This document shows positions 24,069 through 38,556 of a stretch of DNA of 64,000 bases, in pieces. Both the position numbers and the translations under genes were made by a program. The notes beneath the pieces are model-generated. The model did not search any database, was not told the DNA's origin, and saw nothing but the letters and a program-made list of their open reading frames with translations. The stretch comes from Euprymna scolopes (Eukaryota): NCBI GenBank assembly GCA_053919585.1, contig CM132795.1; one strand, given 5' to 3'. Within the stretch, counting starts at the first letter, position 1; every line of letters begins with the position of its first letter.

Positions 24069-25839
24069 CTATATAATATACAACGTGTGTGTTTCTCATA
24101 TTGCAATGTTTATCGGTATTCAAAATTCTAATAATGCCAGTCCTCACATGTAATCCGGAAGGCTCCATTCCGTCTGTAACTTCCGGCACAGTTTTATTCA
24201 GATGCGGAATCGTTAAAGGGAGAGATGTGACACAATAGAGAGATAACAATCGACATGGCCACCCCTGTTATTCTTGTCAACATAGCTATATTAGATTTAA
24301 ATACTGAAGAAAGAATACTAACTGGAAGGAAACTCACAGAAAAACAATGGATCTTTACGGATATTAAGTCTTTCACTTTCTTTCGGCATCGTAGCCATTT
24401 AAGGTTCATGAAAGAAATCCTGTGTCATGAGGCTAAACTAGTTTTTATCAATTTTCGGTAAAGTTATTTGTAGTATTTATACTTATCAGTGATATAATAC
24501 TGCCACCGTTTTCTTTATTTAATAACAGACTTATTATTTATCGAATACCTTCGTGATATTTAAACGTTAAGTGACTCCTCAAAAAGCAATATATAATAAT
24601 AGTAAACCAACATTTAAAATAACATAACTCTACACTATCAATATTTTTGCAAGTTTTTATGGTATTTTCATTTCCTAGGGGTTTCTATTCATTAATTATT
24701 TTATGTTTCTTTTGGTATGTTGTAATTTTGTATCTTGTTCTCTAACTACTTATCGTAGTACGTTAACTGAATAGCATCATTGTATATCTACACAATGTTT
24801 TACTTTTCAACTCGCTGAGTGTTTATATACCAAATATATATATCATTGAATTGTTCCTCTAGAAAATGCTAATAGATGTACGTTGGAATGTAAATGAGCA
24901 TAGAAAACATTCAAATAAAAGGCCAAATAATACCACTCACTGTAAACACATACTTTTTCTGCAGTGTCTAAGCAGACATGTCAAATAGAACGTATAACCT
25001 TGAAAACTTTAACAGCGATAAAAGAATCTATGTATTTGTTGTAATCTCCCTGCACCTACGCATATTAAAATACTATTTGCAGTGACTATTTAAAGATATA
25101 CGCGTAACTATGAACTCAAATAGAAATAATGATGCTAATTGTTCAATCGAAATATTTAAGTTTACTCGGAAGTCCGGGTCTCATTTCCGGTATAATTAAT
25201 TTCCACCCGGGGCAATTTTGTAATTATATCCGGTTGTCAAGATTAGAATAAACCTATCTTCATACTAATTCCTATGTTAAACGTCTATATTGCAGGTTTT
25301 ATGAAAATTTATTACATGTAATGCACCATATATATATATATATATATATATATACGTTAGCTGAAACAGTTTATAAAAACGTAAAACATCAGAGAATTGC
25401 GTTTATTATGCGAAATAGCAATGCTAAAAAGTTATAATTGGTTTAATGGGAACTCTTCTCATTCTAATGACACTTAAACACTTTGACAACTGTAATTGTA
25501 AAACCATTGAATGATTTCACTAACATCGGACATATATGTATTATCTAAAGTATATATTCAAAGTAATGATACATTTCTTAGTTATGAAGATAACAAGTTC
25601 ATAGAAAAATATGTATATATATATATATGTGCGTGTGTGTATGTATGTATGTATGTATATTCTTTCACATCTACGCATTCAAAAACACATGTAAGTTGTT
25701 TACCACTTCTTAGTGTGGCTAAACATAGCCCAGCAAGAAACAAGGACGCCAGAGACTGAATCGGAACCTGTAACACTGAGGCAATCTATACACAGACAAA
25801 AACACACACATACATTTGTTGTGCATATATATGTGTATA

Positions 25840-25977
25840 TATGTATAATTGTTGTATATATATATATATATGTATATATATAAACAATTATATGTAAACT
25901 AACTATATATATAGTTAGTTTACATATAATTGTTGTATATATATATATATATATAGTTAGTTTACATGTAATTGTTG

Positions 25978-26018
<41 letters not shown>

Positions 26019-26035
26019 TAAATATAATTGTTGGT
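25840..26035. repeat. TA-linked minisatellite containing a perfect 52-bp palindrome (25883-25934)
   Basis: AACAATTATATGTAAACTAAC-(TA)5-GTTAGTTTACATATAATTGTT, followed by tandem copies of the right arm separated by (TA)n. Confidence 0.9.
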
Positions 26036-27496
26036 AACAATTGCTGATAACAAAGGGTACATTTTCATGTAAATATATACTAGAAAAATATTTTTAATCA
26101 GAAAACGTAATAAACAACGTAACTGGGTAATTTAAACATTTTCTTTAAGTATTGTATGTATTTTTCGGCGTGACTTCATATATAAACTTTTTAAACTTCT
26201 AATATACTCCTTTTCAGAGTAAGCCACTTCCTTATACGAACACCAACTCTTTGTTTTTTAGACATTATTTCTCAAATTTAACTTTGGCGTAGCCATGAAT
26301 AATTGGATATCGAGAAGGTTTTCGATAATATTATTTAGAAATAACTAAGAGACATATAACATACAAAATATATAATTAAAACATCTAATCTAATATCTCT
26401 TTCATGTGCATACAAGACAATAAGTATATGCTTACGTCTAAAGGAATCATAATGATGATAAGCTATATCTCGATAATTGTCATTATTATTTATTTCAAAT
26501 AAGATTACGAGATTAGGATGCAACGTTTCAGAGATGACGTAGTCAGACAACTGCAACACTTATGTTATTTGAGTAGATTTCTTGTTTCTAAAGACAACCG
26601 AATTAACAGGTATTTTATCTAATATTACACGACCTGTGTAACTTTAAAATCACTAAATTCACTAAAAATGGATAAGTTTCAATTAAAACACATAAGAAAA
26701 CAATAATAGGAAGATAGCAAAAAAAAAGTAAAATCTAATGACGACGAATGAATTCGCTTTTGATTTTGCTTGGCAGAATCAACAGCTGTCGTTTATCTGC
26801 TCTTTATATTCGATTTGTCAGTGAGCTTGCGTGTGCTTTGTGAAGCATTGCAATTATCGGTTGTGTTGCACTCTATGACTAGAGAAACTTTAATCATTAA
26901 AGGTCGTTATTCATGAGAGTGATAATCACGCTTAATGATCTTCGCTTTTTTGCTGTTCAATATTGCTATTATATCATAAAATACAAACGGTTTTATAAGA
27001 CTTTGAAGTTAAATCGGAACCGGATGCCATCAAGAATGATGAGAATTCATGCAAGAGAAACCCGACAGAACACCGAGAATTGCGAAAAACAACTTAAAAA
27101 AATAGGACGGGATTTATAAAAGGCTTGCCTGATAAAGAAAACACTATGGAACTTCAGTTTTTTATTAAATCATTAAAGCGATAGATATAAAAATTGGCAA
27201 CATTAGCAAAATATTTAAAACAAAGGCAAGCGTAGTTAAAATACGTTTATTTAATATATGAGGTTAGCGTTTAATTCTTTTACGAACTGATAAATAAGAC
27301 ATAGTTCTTATAGCGAGGAATCTAAACATGATTTACCAGTAATATGACCGAATCATATAAATAGTAGATGAACATGTTATCAAATAATAATTTAGGGAAC
27401 AATTTGGAAAATTACATTATTACCTAGTGAAGATTTTAAACATATAAACTTAGAAATACTAAAGTCACAACATAATGAAAAGCTGGTAAAGAAAAA

Positions 27497-27572
<76 letters not shown>

Positions 27573-27594
27573 CATGACACAAGAGTTTACAAAC

Positions 27595-28365
27595 AGGAAG
27601 ATCAAGGCTCAAGTTTCGCCCTAATTTGCGCTAATCAGTTAGACATATCCGAACTCTGCATTCGAAACCGGAGCTTTTTGCATGCGATGCAAGCACCCTG
27701 CCACCTTAGCAAACGCGTCAGGCACAAGAATGTCTATCAACTTACAGAGATAAAGCTAATCGCCGGTAAATCCGACAATGGAACGAACCTACTTCGTCTT
27801 GAACAAGTAATATGTTCATCCAACGAAGCTACAAGCCAAACCAATGCCTCACAAGTAAAAGTTTTATACACGCCAGGACGATGTGGTCGAATATGCTAAC
27901 TTCGAATGCAGTTAGTAATATAATTGTTAGAAGGTCAGAGATTATATCTTTATTACTACAGCCAAACAACGTCGCAGCTCACAAGAGATATTGCAGCTAA
28001 CCCACCGGAAGTGCAAGACTCGAGTTTCACCCTTATTTCAACTCATTAGCTAGTCATATCCGAACTTGGAATTCGAGACCCGAACCTATTGCATGCTAGG
28101 TGAGCACTCTGCCACCTAAACAAAGGCGCCACACACAAGAAAGTGTATCAACTAACACAGGTCAAGCAAGGCGAGACGAAATCCGACTATGGAACAAACC
28201 TACTTTGTCTCGAACAAGGAATGTGGCTATCCAACCAAACTATAATCCAAGCCTATCTCTCACATATAGGGAGTATATAATTGTGAGCTGCGACGTTGTT
28301 TGGCTGTGAAAATAATTATATAACCTCTAACATTCTGAAAATTCTATTAGTAACTGTTCGATTAA
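27595..28365. repeat. Diverged tandem pair of ~280-bp units, each with a tRNA-like segment; the second unit is enclosed by inverted repeats
   Basis: 27595-27870 aligns with 28005-28280 (shared CATATCCGAACT, CTGCCACCT, AAATCCGAC.ATGGAAC.AACCTACTT). Perfect 27-bp IR at 27958-27984 and 28281-28307, extended outward imperfectly to ~85 bp. Confidence 0.8.
28060..28130 (-). pseudogene. tRNA-derived (tRNA-Ala-like) segment / SINE head
   Basis: Minus strand GGCGCCTTTGTTTAGGTGGCAGAGTGCTCACCTAGCATGCAATAGGTTCGGGTCTCGAATTCC resembles tRNA D-arm, AGC anticodon region and T-arm. Second copy at ~27650-27720. Acceptor stem broken. Confidence 0.5.
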
Positions 28366-30828
28366 CTGCGTGTTTGTTGACATTGTAGGTATATATCAGG
28401 CAGAAATTTCTTGCAATAATAATGGCAAATGCAAAAGAATCATGCGATCGTTGTTGCTGAAATAAGTTACATCTAAGTTCTTCATAGATTTTTAGATAGT
28501 AAATTTTGCACTGTTGCAAAAGATGCATTAATTATCTGAGCGAAAATGCATTTTATGTCATCATTTAAAATACATCACGCAGAATACGTTACCTATGTCG
28601 ACCAGTATGAAATGATGATGAAAGCTTGTTTCACACTAACGTTATTTTATTGTCCTCGAAATTGACTTATTTTTCAACCAAATTGATTGAGTGTCTGCTC
28701 TAATTGGAACCCCATCGTAATGCACTTGTAGAAACCTCACATGCCTCTCGCACTGACTAACTTCACAATATATTGAAGTCTACATTGCGCTGTAAAGAAA
28801 CAAATGTGGATTTTATAAAATCATTTCATATATAATGACTTGCATTAAAGTTTAAATCAAAGCTTAAGTGGCAAGCATCCACTGTGCATCCACTGTGCTC
28901 TAAACAGAAACGTTCATTTTGATGCGCCCTTATCATATCAACCAACGCACTGTTTAACTGAATTAAAAAAAAAACAAACCATTTATACCCGCGGTCTTAT
29001 AATTTGGATCTTGTGTAATATCCCTCACTTTACAATAACATAAATTTCTGAATTAAATCTTTGGAACGTAGCTGTCTTCCATAAACTTTTTCGTTTTAGC
29101 ATAAGTAACCTTATATAGGAGGAGTTTAAAATCTATCCAAATAAATTAGGTTTCGTTTTAAAGATTTTAAAATGGTCTTAAATTTTGATTTTAAATAGTT
29201 ACACTCAAATAAGTAAACTAGATACAGCACACCTTATTTGTGATAGATGTTGTTTCATATATTTTATATCTTTATCACTGTTACAAAAAGAACATTTAAA
29301 ACGCCAGTTTAGTTATTGGATGTTTCTCGACAAATCGGTTTAAACCCCGAAACTATCTCGCTCTACTTGTAATGGAAGAGCAATTTGTAAAAATCACCCT
29401 CACTAAAACTTATTTGAACTTATTATGAACAAAGTTAAATATAATAGTTTAGTTAAATATGATTAAACCTCGTTCTCGAATTAATTTTTTTTTCTGAATT
29501 ATGAGGTAGCTTAATTTAATCAGGTGTAACTATTTGTTATATATTTAATAAAGAATGAATATGCTATATGTGGCATACTATTATAACACAGTAATATATT
29601 ATGGATTATTTGTTGTCTTTTGGGTCTCGTATATTGCACTTACATAAACATCTAGAATGTTGACTATTAATGCCTATGAGACAATGCCAAAAAAAAACAA
29701 AAAAACGATCAAGTGTATGCATTATTCAACATTATAACCAGACGACACCGAAGCACACTTTCCAATACCGACACCTTACTTTTATAAAAGTGTTGGCTCG
29801 AAGTCTAAGCCGAATCTTTTGATGTTAAAACCAAGCATTCAATTCAATCGAAAGTCCTGTTTACGGATTAAGTCTGAGAGTGCTTCGCATGGCCTATTGC
29901 CAAAAAAGCAAACGAAACTCGTTCGCCTTGTATCGTTCATCTCCTGTGCTGAGAAATACTTTAAATTCACATTTACGCAAACTCTGAAATTCCACACAAA
30001 AACTCATCATCGTTACTCTACTCTCTTTAATACAATCAAATACATTTCTGGGAAAGTATAGATAAATTAAACAACTACTATAAATTACAGGCTGCAAGAC
30101 AATTAGAAAATGTGCTTACTATTTCGATTTATTATAGAAATTTGATGTTAGTAAGATATTATACGCAGTAAATTTCCGTAAAATTGTATCGATTTTTAGA
30201 ATATGTGGGTTGTGTGAATGTTCATATGAAATAGATTCTTTTAAATTATAGAAGACTGTATGACAATATGGCTTTATATGATCTCAGTAAATAAAACATA
30301 TTTTACTACCGAAGCAGTTAATATTTTTCGTTCATTCGTATGTAACTAAAACAGGTGAATCTATTATGGTGCTATAGATATGTACATTATGCATTTAGAT
30401 AAATAATTCGCACAGGGGTATATGATCTGTAAAATAATATTTATATATATATATATATATATATATTGTTAAAAGCATGTTCCTCCTTATAGTCATATAT
30501 ATACAACTCTTAGTCTGAAACAATGCTATCAAAACTGTAAAAATGCGATCATAGTCACTGTGGATAAAATGAATTCAGAAAGAACTTACTTTTCTTTTTC
30601 ATAGAATCTGTTGGTTGAGGAAACAGACTGAATAATATCAAAACGTAAGTATCTTTCTTTTTGCTAACCTTTGAATCAGATTGGAGAGAAAAACGCACAA
30701 CAAGGAATTGGAACAATAAAAAAACATCAAGGGTAGCCAGAGAGGGAAAGCGACACCCATATATTTTTCTGGCGGTGTATACGTTTTACATACGGTCTAC
30801 ATAAGCTTCTCTCTCTCTGTCTCTCTCG

Positions 30829-30866
<38 letters not shown>

Positions 30867-31106
30867 TCAGTTTCTTTTCTATTGTGCAGTTATCTTGTTT
30901 GCCTCATAGATCCTGTTGTTTTAAAATATTTTACTTCATGTGTGTGTTCGTTAATATTTTATTCTATTTGCTTAAATTATTCGCGATAATCTTTCAGCTG
31001 TATTATTATGACGTTAACATAAGTGTTTATTTACCTTCTTTTTTATAATTTCTGCATAAATAATACAGGAATATACAAATCGAATTAGTCGTACGAGAGT
31101 TTATTC

Positions 31107-31186
<80 letters not shown>

Positions 31187-32033
31187 ATTTCCACATTTAA
31201 TCACATATTCACTATTAGCATTTATGATTTAAAAATGTGTTATATTCTATATTCCTCAATCAGCTCATCGATTGCAAAGGGCACTTTTCTGTCCTCAATA
31301 TTACCTGCTTTCCATGTGTACATTTTAAACGGAAAGTGTCGTCTATTTGAATTACCATGATGAACCACATATTTTCTATACATTTTTGTCCTCAGAACAC
31401 AGAGGTCAGGTCCCAAGCCTTGTAATGTGCTACGCTTAGTTGCAAAATATTTTTATTGGTATAGACCGTGTTAGAATAAGAATAGTTGTGAAAAATAAGC
31501 AGAATTGTTCAGTAGAGCATGTTTTATGTTATCTAGCGATTTTGTTATCAGAGATTCTATTATGAGATTGTAATATATGTAATTATTTATCGTTTTAGTT
31601 TGTGTATAGAAGTAATAAAATCTGCGACGAAAGACACTCATTTCATGTCTCCTTTTGATTTCAACACAAATGATCGGCACTGTTATTGCAGGAATAACTC
31701 CATCTTTTTTCTGGCAATTAGGTTCATTGACCGGTTTTCATCAATGTGAATTATATTACTCCAGGGTTCTGTCATATAAGACGAAACGTTTAAGTGTAAA
31801 ATTCACAGAAATCATTATTTGAAGAATTGCATTTCATGTTAAATTTTTGTACATTTGAGAACCATCTGCGTGAATATTTATTTACTTGATTTTCTACGTT
31901 TTGTATAGAGTTAAGAAACAATAGTCATCAAATCATTGTTCCTAACACGTATGAATAAGTGAGCCTCTTAGTTTTTCTTTCTTGAGAACGATTTACTTAG
32001 TTCAACCATGGCGACCAATTTTCAAACAAATAT

Positions 32034-32089
<56 letters not shown>

Positions 32090-32093
<4 letters not shown>

Positions 32094-33485
32094 AGGAAGG
32101 TGCCTTTCATCCGTTTCCTCAATGATTTTTCCTCTTTCTTTCACATTCATTTCGTTACGCCCCATTGTTTATAAGATGTAAAAGAAATATCTCCCTTTAC
32201 ATTAAATAAGAAAAATAACAACAGTAAAACAAGCCACACAATGTACACTTTAGTCCATCACCTACAGCTTGCCAACTGCTGACCAACAAACAATATGGAT
32301 TTAGGCAAGCCCGTTCAACAGCAGATATCCTAACTGTAATCTCTGAACGTATATACTGAAACTGGACAAAATAGGGAAGGTAAGACGGTAGCCCTCGCTA
32401 TATCTAAGGCTTTTCACAGAATATGGCACGATGGTCTATAGGGAAAATTAGATCATAGGGTATCACTGGAAGAATACAGAATGTAATTAAATCCTTCTTA
32501 AGTAAGAGAAGAGTCCACGTTGTCCGCGATGGTCGTACATCTAAACAATATGATATACATGCTGAAGTACCTTAGGGGTCTACCTTGTGACGTTTATTAT
32601 TCCTGATATTCATAAGTGACCTCCCTGATAAAATTGTTTCTTAGATAGGTATATTTGCTGATGGCATCACTCTCGATAACAGGTACAAGGGGAAAACAAA
32701 TGAACACATACTTAAGGAAATGGCAGAAACACTAGAGGATAATCTCAAATCTGTAGTGGAATGGGGACAAAAATAGATGGCCACATTCAATGCTGCCAAG
32801 ACTAAGCTTGTCTCCATCAATAATTACAAGAAACCTTCTCTACCACCAATACCAATGACCAAGACCACATAACCTGAAAGTACTCCTTTTAACTCCTCGG
32901 CCTAACTTTTACACGGAACATGAACTGGAATAAATACATTGAGAGCATTGCCAAGGCTGCTTCGAAGAAGGTGGGCTCTCTCCACCGTGCTAGAAAATAC
33001 TTACACCTGAAAGTATCCTGTACCACTATAAGGGTATTATTCGTCCATATATTGAGTAATATTGTCACATTTGGCTGCTGCATCTGCTACTTGTCTCTCA
33101 CTCCTTGACAGGATTCAAAATATGGTCGCCAACTTTATATGTCCTGAACTGTTATCTAGACCAGCCTCTGTCCCATCGACGAAATCTTGCATCCCTCTGC
33201 CTGTTCTACAAGTACTTAAACGGTGAATGCTCTGACGAACTACAGGCACTTGTCCCCCCTCGATGTGAATACCCAGTACAAACCCGACAAGCAGATTAAT
33301 CCCACCATTTCAAAGTATATATGCCTAGGTGTTAGAAAGCCTTCTACTCCAACAATTTCTTCCCCAGAACTGCTAGATTTTGGAAGTTTATTCCGGGATT
33401 CTGCCTTCCCAATTGTACTGACATGCAGAAGTGCAAGTGTGATGTGATCAGACATCTTGCTTCTCATCTCCCTTCGTAACACTTC
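32090..33485 (+). mobile_element. 5'-truncated CR1/Zenon-type LINE (RT and C-terminal region), decayed
   Basis: QYGFRQARSTADILTVISE (~32290-32345), ISKAF..IWH.GL, IFADG, WNKYIESIAKAASKKVGSLHRA, PLSHRRNLASLCLFYKYLNGECSDEL. Many stops and frameshifts. Confidence 0.88.
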
Positions 33486-33999
33486 TGAATTAAAAAAGTT
33501 ATATTAATGCGCCAAAATTTCATAAAATAATCACTTAAACAGTTTACATATAATCAAGAACATCTTGCTTATATGTTTATATTAATTAGTGAAAATTCAT
33601 TTCTTTCAAACTGTTTCAGAACAGACTATTGAACATTTGTTACAGAGTTTAATTTGATTGATGTATATAATGAGAGTACGACTATAATACTCTCATACTA
33701 CTTCTATTTTACTACTACTAATATTAATAACAATAATAAGAATGGAGGGGCTAGGGATAATAATACAATAATTAATAATGAGTCTTAAGATGATGATATA
33801 TCTTTAAATCCAAATGAGTTACACAAATAAATGAAATGTTGAACATAAAGTTCGATGTCTTGTAGATTACAAGCTGTATCTGTTTTTTTTGCCTATGCAT
33901 ATTTATTAGAATGAGATAATGACATTAACGCCGAATATTCTTCATAAAGTATTTTTCAGCTAACTATTGATGCATAAATAGCCACGCTGACATATTCTA

Positions 34000-34345
34000 C
34001 GATCTTGACGACAAATATTTTGCTCATCAACCCAAGAGTTAGCACCTTGTTGGAAATGTAGCTGGATATAAATATTACGCGCCAGTTCCCACTGAACGAC
34101 CGACTGTAAGTAACATTGAACCTAATCAGTACAAAATAAGTGGCAATTTTGGACTTCCAGATGCTATATGTGCTCTCCGCATATCTCAGCATTGCTTCCG
34201 GTCGTCCTGATCTTCTCCTTGAATCTGGACTCAAGCTGATTAAGAAGAGGTATGGTTAGAGAGTGCGTAACTCTTTCCTCACAGTCACACGCCCTACAGG
34301 AGGAATCCTTGGTCTTTTGAGACTGATTGGAGGCATCGATCGATA
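34000..34345 (-). mobile_element. Possible hAT transposase remnant
   Basis: A minus-strand frame reads ...CEERVTHSLTIPLLNQLESRF, resembling the hAT 'YYRRSLTIPLLDHLI.QLESRF' segment. The patch is richer in GC than its flanks. Confidence 0.35.
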
Positions 34346-37300
34346 AATATGTGTCTTAGTATATGTCAACATGAATGACAGTCTAAAAAATGTTTCGCCC
34401 GTTCATTTTGATATAGCATGTTGCTCCAACTCAAAGGAAATCAATTGGAAATCAAACGTAAAGTACAAATTTGTATTTTTCCGAACTGAAGTATTACCTT
34501 ATCAAATATAAAATTAACAGAAGGGTGATTTCATCCATTTTATTTGGGGCATTCTTTTGTTGCATTGGTTTCCCAGATATGTCTCTTTTGTTTTTCTAAA
34601 ATTATATAAGGTACGTACAGAATGGAGAACGTGAAATTAAGGCGTGTACATGTATGTGTGAGTTTTTCAGTGTGTGGATCGAATTGGATTCAGATTGTGC
34701 ATGCTCAGTGCTCAGCCTGTATTCTTGACTACTTGTCACCGTCATTTCCCAAACAGGCGAATGCAAACTTTTACTGTCAGCGTCTGGATATAATTTCGTT
34801 ACAAACAAAAACGTACCAGATCATTTTTTTTCCAAATTTTGTATTTTTAGTACAAAAAACAATATCCCAACATTACACTTAACGAACTTATGAAAATTAT
34901 ATTTCAATGCAAGGTGTTAGAAGTCGCATGAGACACTTATTAAAATATTATCTAGAACTAAAGCGTTTCCAACGTGTCCATTGCGAATGAAACAAATTAT
35001 TAGAACCATGAATTAATATTTGAAAATTAGCTGTTTTAGACGAACATTGATGACTTATCTTAGAAATTAATTGATTGATAAAGCTTCATAAATGGTAAGA
35101 GGAGGGATTACATTAAATCATCAGAATAACTTTTAAATGTCTCTTAATTTATTTTGAAATACGATTTCTAGGCTTTCTTAAATGCGTAATCTCTATAATT
35201 CCATTTTTTGTATTTGTGTGTCTTCTAACATTGTATATCTTAGATAATTGTATTATAAAGGATTACAAGATAACCTACTGTAGCAAACTCAAACATGAAC
35301 TTTACTGGTCTTTTATCGTTTAAGCATTTCAACATATTCCCTCTTATTAACATATAAGAATGTGTGTAGAATTATTTATAGATTATCACCTTCTTTATCT
35401 CTTCGGAATTGTGACTAAGATTAAAACTTAATTTCCTCGCGAAGGTCTCTAATCATAAATAGGTGTTTCACTGGTATAACTATACCGCGATAGATAATGT
35501 AATCGATGTATACTTATCTAACACAGGTTTTTTATGCGTGTAGTCTCTAAAAGCATTGCCCTACTTTCGAATCCGTGTTTTCTCTGTCGCATGATGCCAT
35601 CTCACTTATTCCAATCTTATAATAGTCACTAACAGTTTTTTTTTAGCTCAGTACTGTTTATTATGCTCTGTTAAGCTATACATTTACATTTCTACTGCAA
35701 GTGGGTCAAACTTAAACTTCGATCTGTGTCAAGTGAACAAATATAAGAATGGTTATTAGACTACAAATATTGCATAGCTAACTAAAAAGGCATATCAAAA
35801 TTTGTAAACAGAACGTTATTCCTATTATAGTGAAATAGTCTCTTCAATTCAATGACTAGCAGAGACACACTCCGTTACCCGGGATTGAATAAGGATCAAC
35901 GAATATTTCAACCTTTCGGATGTTATCGTAATCGAAATCAGTGAAGTCGTCCATTTTTCAATTAAATCGATTAATTCCTGCTTTAGTTAAAGATGAAGCT
36001 TCATACGCAACTACGAACATTTTATTTTTTATATAATGGATTGAATTAAAGCTTACAATGCAAAAAAAAGCACCATGGTTTAATTGGGCACTAACCTTAA
36101 GCATTCATTTCAAACACGTAAGTGTCATATTAAAAGATTCAGTGCTGATTATTATATGCCGGGACTTTCTGCTTGTGCAGCAATAACTCTTCTCGAATAC
36201 ACTTGTTATGTTAAACTGTATAAGACGTAAACTTTAGGCAAAATCGCCTGGCTTATCTTTTACGATATATTCTTTATATCGAATATCTTATTTATCGAAA
36301 ACATTTCGATTGAAACCCTATCGAAGACCACTGCCAGGCACATAGCGTATATTTTTGTGATTTTTCTAAATCGGCCCAAACGTTTAGGAGTCAATAGAGA
36401 ATTGAACTCAGACGCATGTGCTGTCAAATTTTCTTTGACTATTTGTTTAAACAGCAGTAAGCATTAAAACGTTAAATAATTTATTACAGAAAATAATCTA
36501 AAATAATAGTGAGTTTTTTTTATATAGAGGTGTGCATCTCTTTGAAATTACATTTGTCCTAGCTTACTAATTCTATTTAAAAAACGTAGATGAGTTTGCT
36601 GCTCTAAAATTCGGAATTAGTCTCTTAGGGCGTTCTTAGGACGCGTTACGGTGAACCATGCAGAAAACATGAACGTTTATCTGGGAAAATAGAAAGAGCA
36701 TGAAAACAAACAGTTTCTTTACTATCGAGAAGAAACTTACATCTCAACTATACATATAGCTTTTAGCTAGTTTGACACAATTAGACTCATCTTCCAATCT
36801 TTAATTTAAAATTAATAGAGAGAAATATAGATTCCGGTGACTACAGATTACAGTGGACTCGTCTGGATGTAGTAATAAAACTATTCAAATTTCAGTAAGA
36901 GAGGTAAAATAACAAATACACCTGATTAATATGAAAAGCATGTGCAAAGCTGATTAGAAAATAGGGGCAGAGAGAAGTTATTATCCAAGTGAAAATGATT
37001 TACAAGAAGAAGCACTCTACCACATTCAATATTTTTGGCCGCTACTTTAAGAAATGACATTTAGTTGACGAACTCAGCAATATACTAAATACTGAACTAA
37101 AAGTCTACTTGACTAGTAAGTGGATGATTTTTCTAGACGGAAATGCTCCTCATATTTCAGTTGTTCTATGCAATCTTCACAACTGAAAATGTTTCACTGG
37201 CATTATGTTTCACTCGCATGCAGCAGTCAGCATCAGCTCTAATACAACTTCATATATCTTTCTGTGAAGTATTCCTGAATAAAGTTTTGATTTTATACAC

Positions 37301-37419
37301 AATGAAGTGTGGAGCGCTTAATTTGTCCCCCTTAAGATAACACCACTACAGATTGATTTTAAAACTTTGATAACAAATGAACAAATTAAGGTAATTTGAT
37401 TATGTATTAGAGCTGAAAT

Positions 37420-37900
37420 CTATTAAAAGTTGTCGCCTTCAGCCTCAATCAGCGCCTTGATACGAGCCAGGAATTGGGAGCATGCCTATTATAAAAGAGC
37501 CAGAGGAACCTCTATGAATACTCGGCGGATGGCGGGGATAACACTGGTTTTGGTTTCGATGGCGTCATATTGGTGATCATCTCGTTGTATTACCAAATGA
37601 AGTAGTTCACAAAGCCCAGGTCAGGGAAGGAAGGAGCCAGTGAGAAAGGGCTACACAGTTGTAATACTCCATCTGAAACCAAGCTTGGGCCTCTTTGTAT
37701 TTGTGGGCTGATGCCGCGTCCTGCTGCCACACTCAGTCTGCCAGTGGCCATCCGATTGCACTAGGGGATAACCACATTCTTCAGCACATCAAAGTACACT
37801 TTCATATTGACTCTCAAACCGATTTTGAAGATATAATATAGTAGGATGTTGCCCTTCCTGGAAAACACAAAAAAATCTATAACAGTTGCCAGACACTTTT
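37420..37900 (-). mobile_element. Tc1/mariner-superfamily (maT/DD37D-like) transposase C-terminal remnant
   Basis: Minus strand WQQDAASAHKYK (~37695-37730), degenerate WPPSSPDL...YFIW (~37595-37640), and C-terminal ARIKALIEAEGDNF* (stop 37423-37425). Confidence 0.7.
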
Positions 37901-38465
37901 TTCAGTTGGGCTCTCAAGCGTCAGTATTTGTAGTTTGAGGAAGCTGGGAATGGTCTTAATGTCATAACTTTCTCGGTAGAAAGCACGAGTTTTACAGCGC
38001 CGCATATCTGATATCGCACGTTGAATATTGTGCCACTTTTAAACATAATAGAAGGCTCCTATTGCTGATGGGATTTGTACACAACTGACTAATTAATAGA
38101 TGGTCTGCAACAAAAATTAAAAAAACGGTTTTCATCATTGGGAAATAGTATCATGTCTTCTTTTTTTGCTGATAATATTCTGACATACCTTTTATACTTA
38201 TGATTTTTCTTCGAAATATTCCCATTTGCTACTTTCTATCTCTTAATTACAGGACCGAATAGGAGAAATATGAGTCATGTAAATAGTCAACAAGAGAATT
38301 AGAAATTGTAAGTTGTTAGTATAAAGCCATGAACTCCAACAGATAATCGAATATCTCAAATAGGGAAAAATGATAATTGTAATTTTACAGCAGTTCTTAT
38401 GTCTATTTTTATGTTGATATACGTTTTAATAAAACACACGCAAAGACAATCTCACACCCATATAT

Positions 38466-38501
<36 letters not shown>

Positions 38502-38556
38502 GTTTATATGTAATTAATCTAATTTGATTGCAGATTTTATATGAATGAAGAGCATT

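Noticed and set aside
24100-24470. Higher-complexity patch with overlapping short ORFs
   Set aside because: No recognisable protein motif or consistent splice sites.
27650-28130. Functional tRNA genes
   Set aside because: Acceptor and T stems are broken in both copies; treated as tRNA-derived repeats.
31396-31435. Twister-ribozyme-like GGTCCCAAGCC with CACA/TGTG pairing
   Set aside because: Lacks the UAA cleavage context, the GCC segment and the 3' GAGGG pseudoknot partner; most likely chance or too decayed to call.
31760-31795. GTCatataaGAC GAAACGTT, the 3' half of a hammerhead
   Set aside because: No CUGANGA upstream and no stem I.
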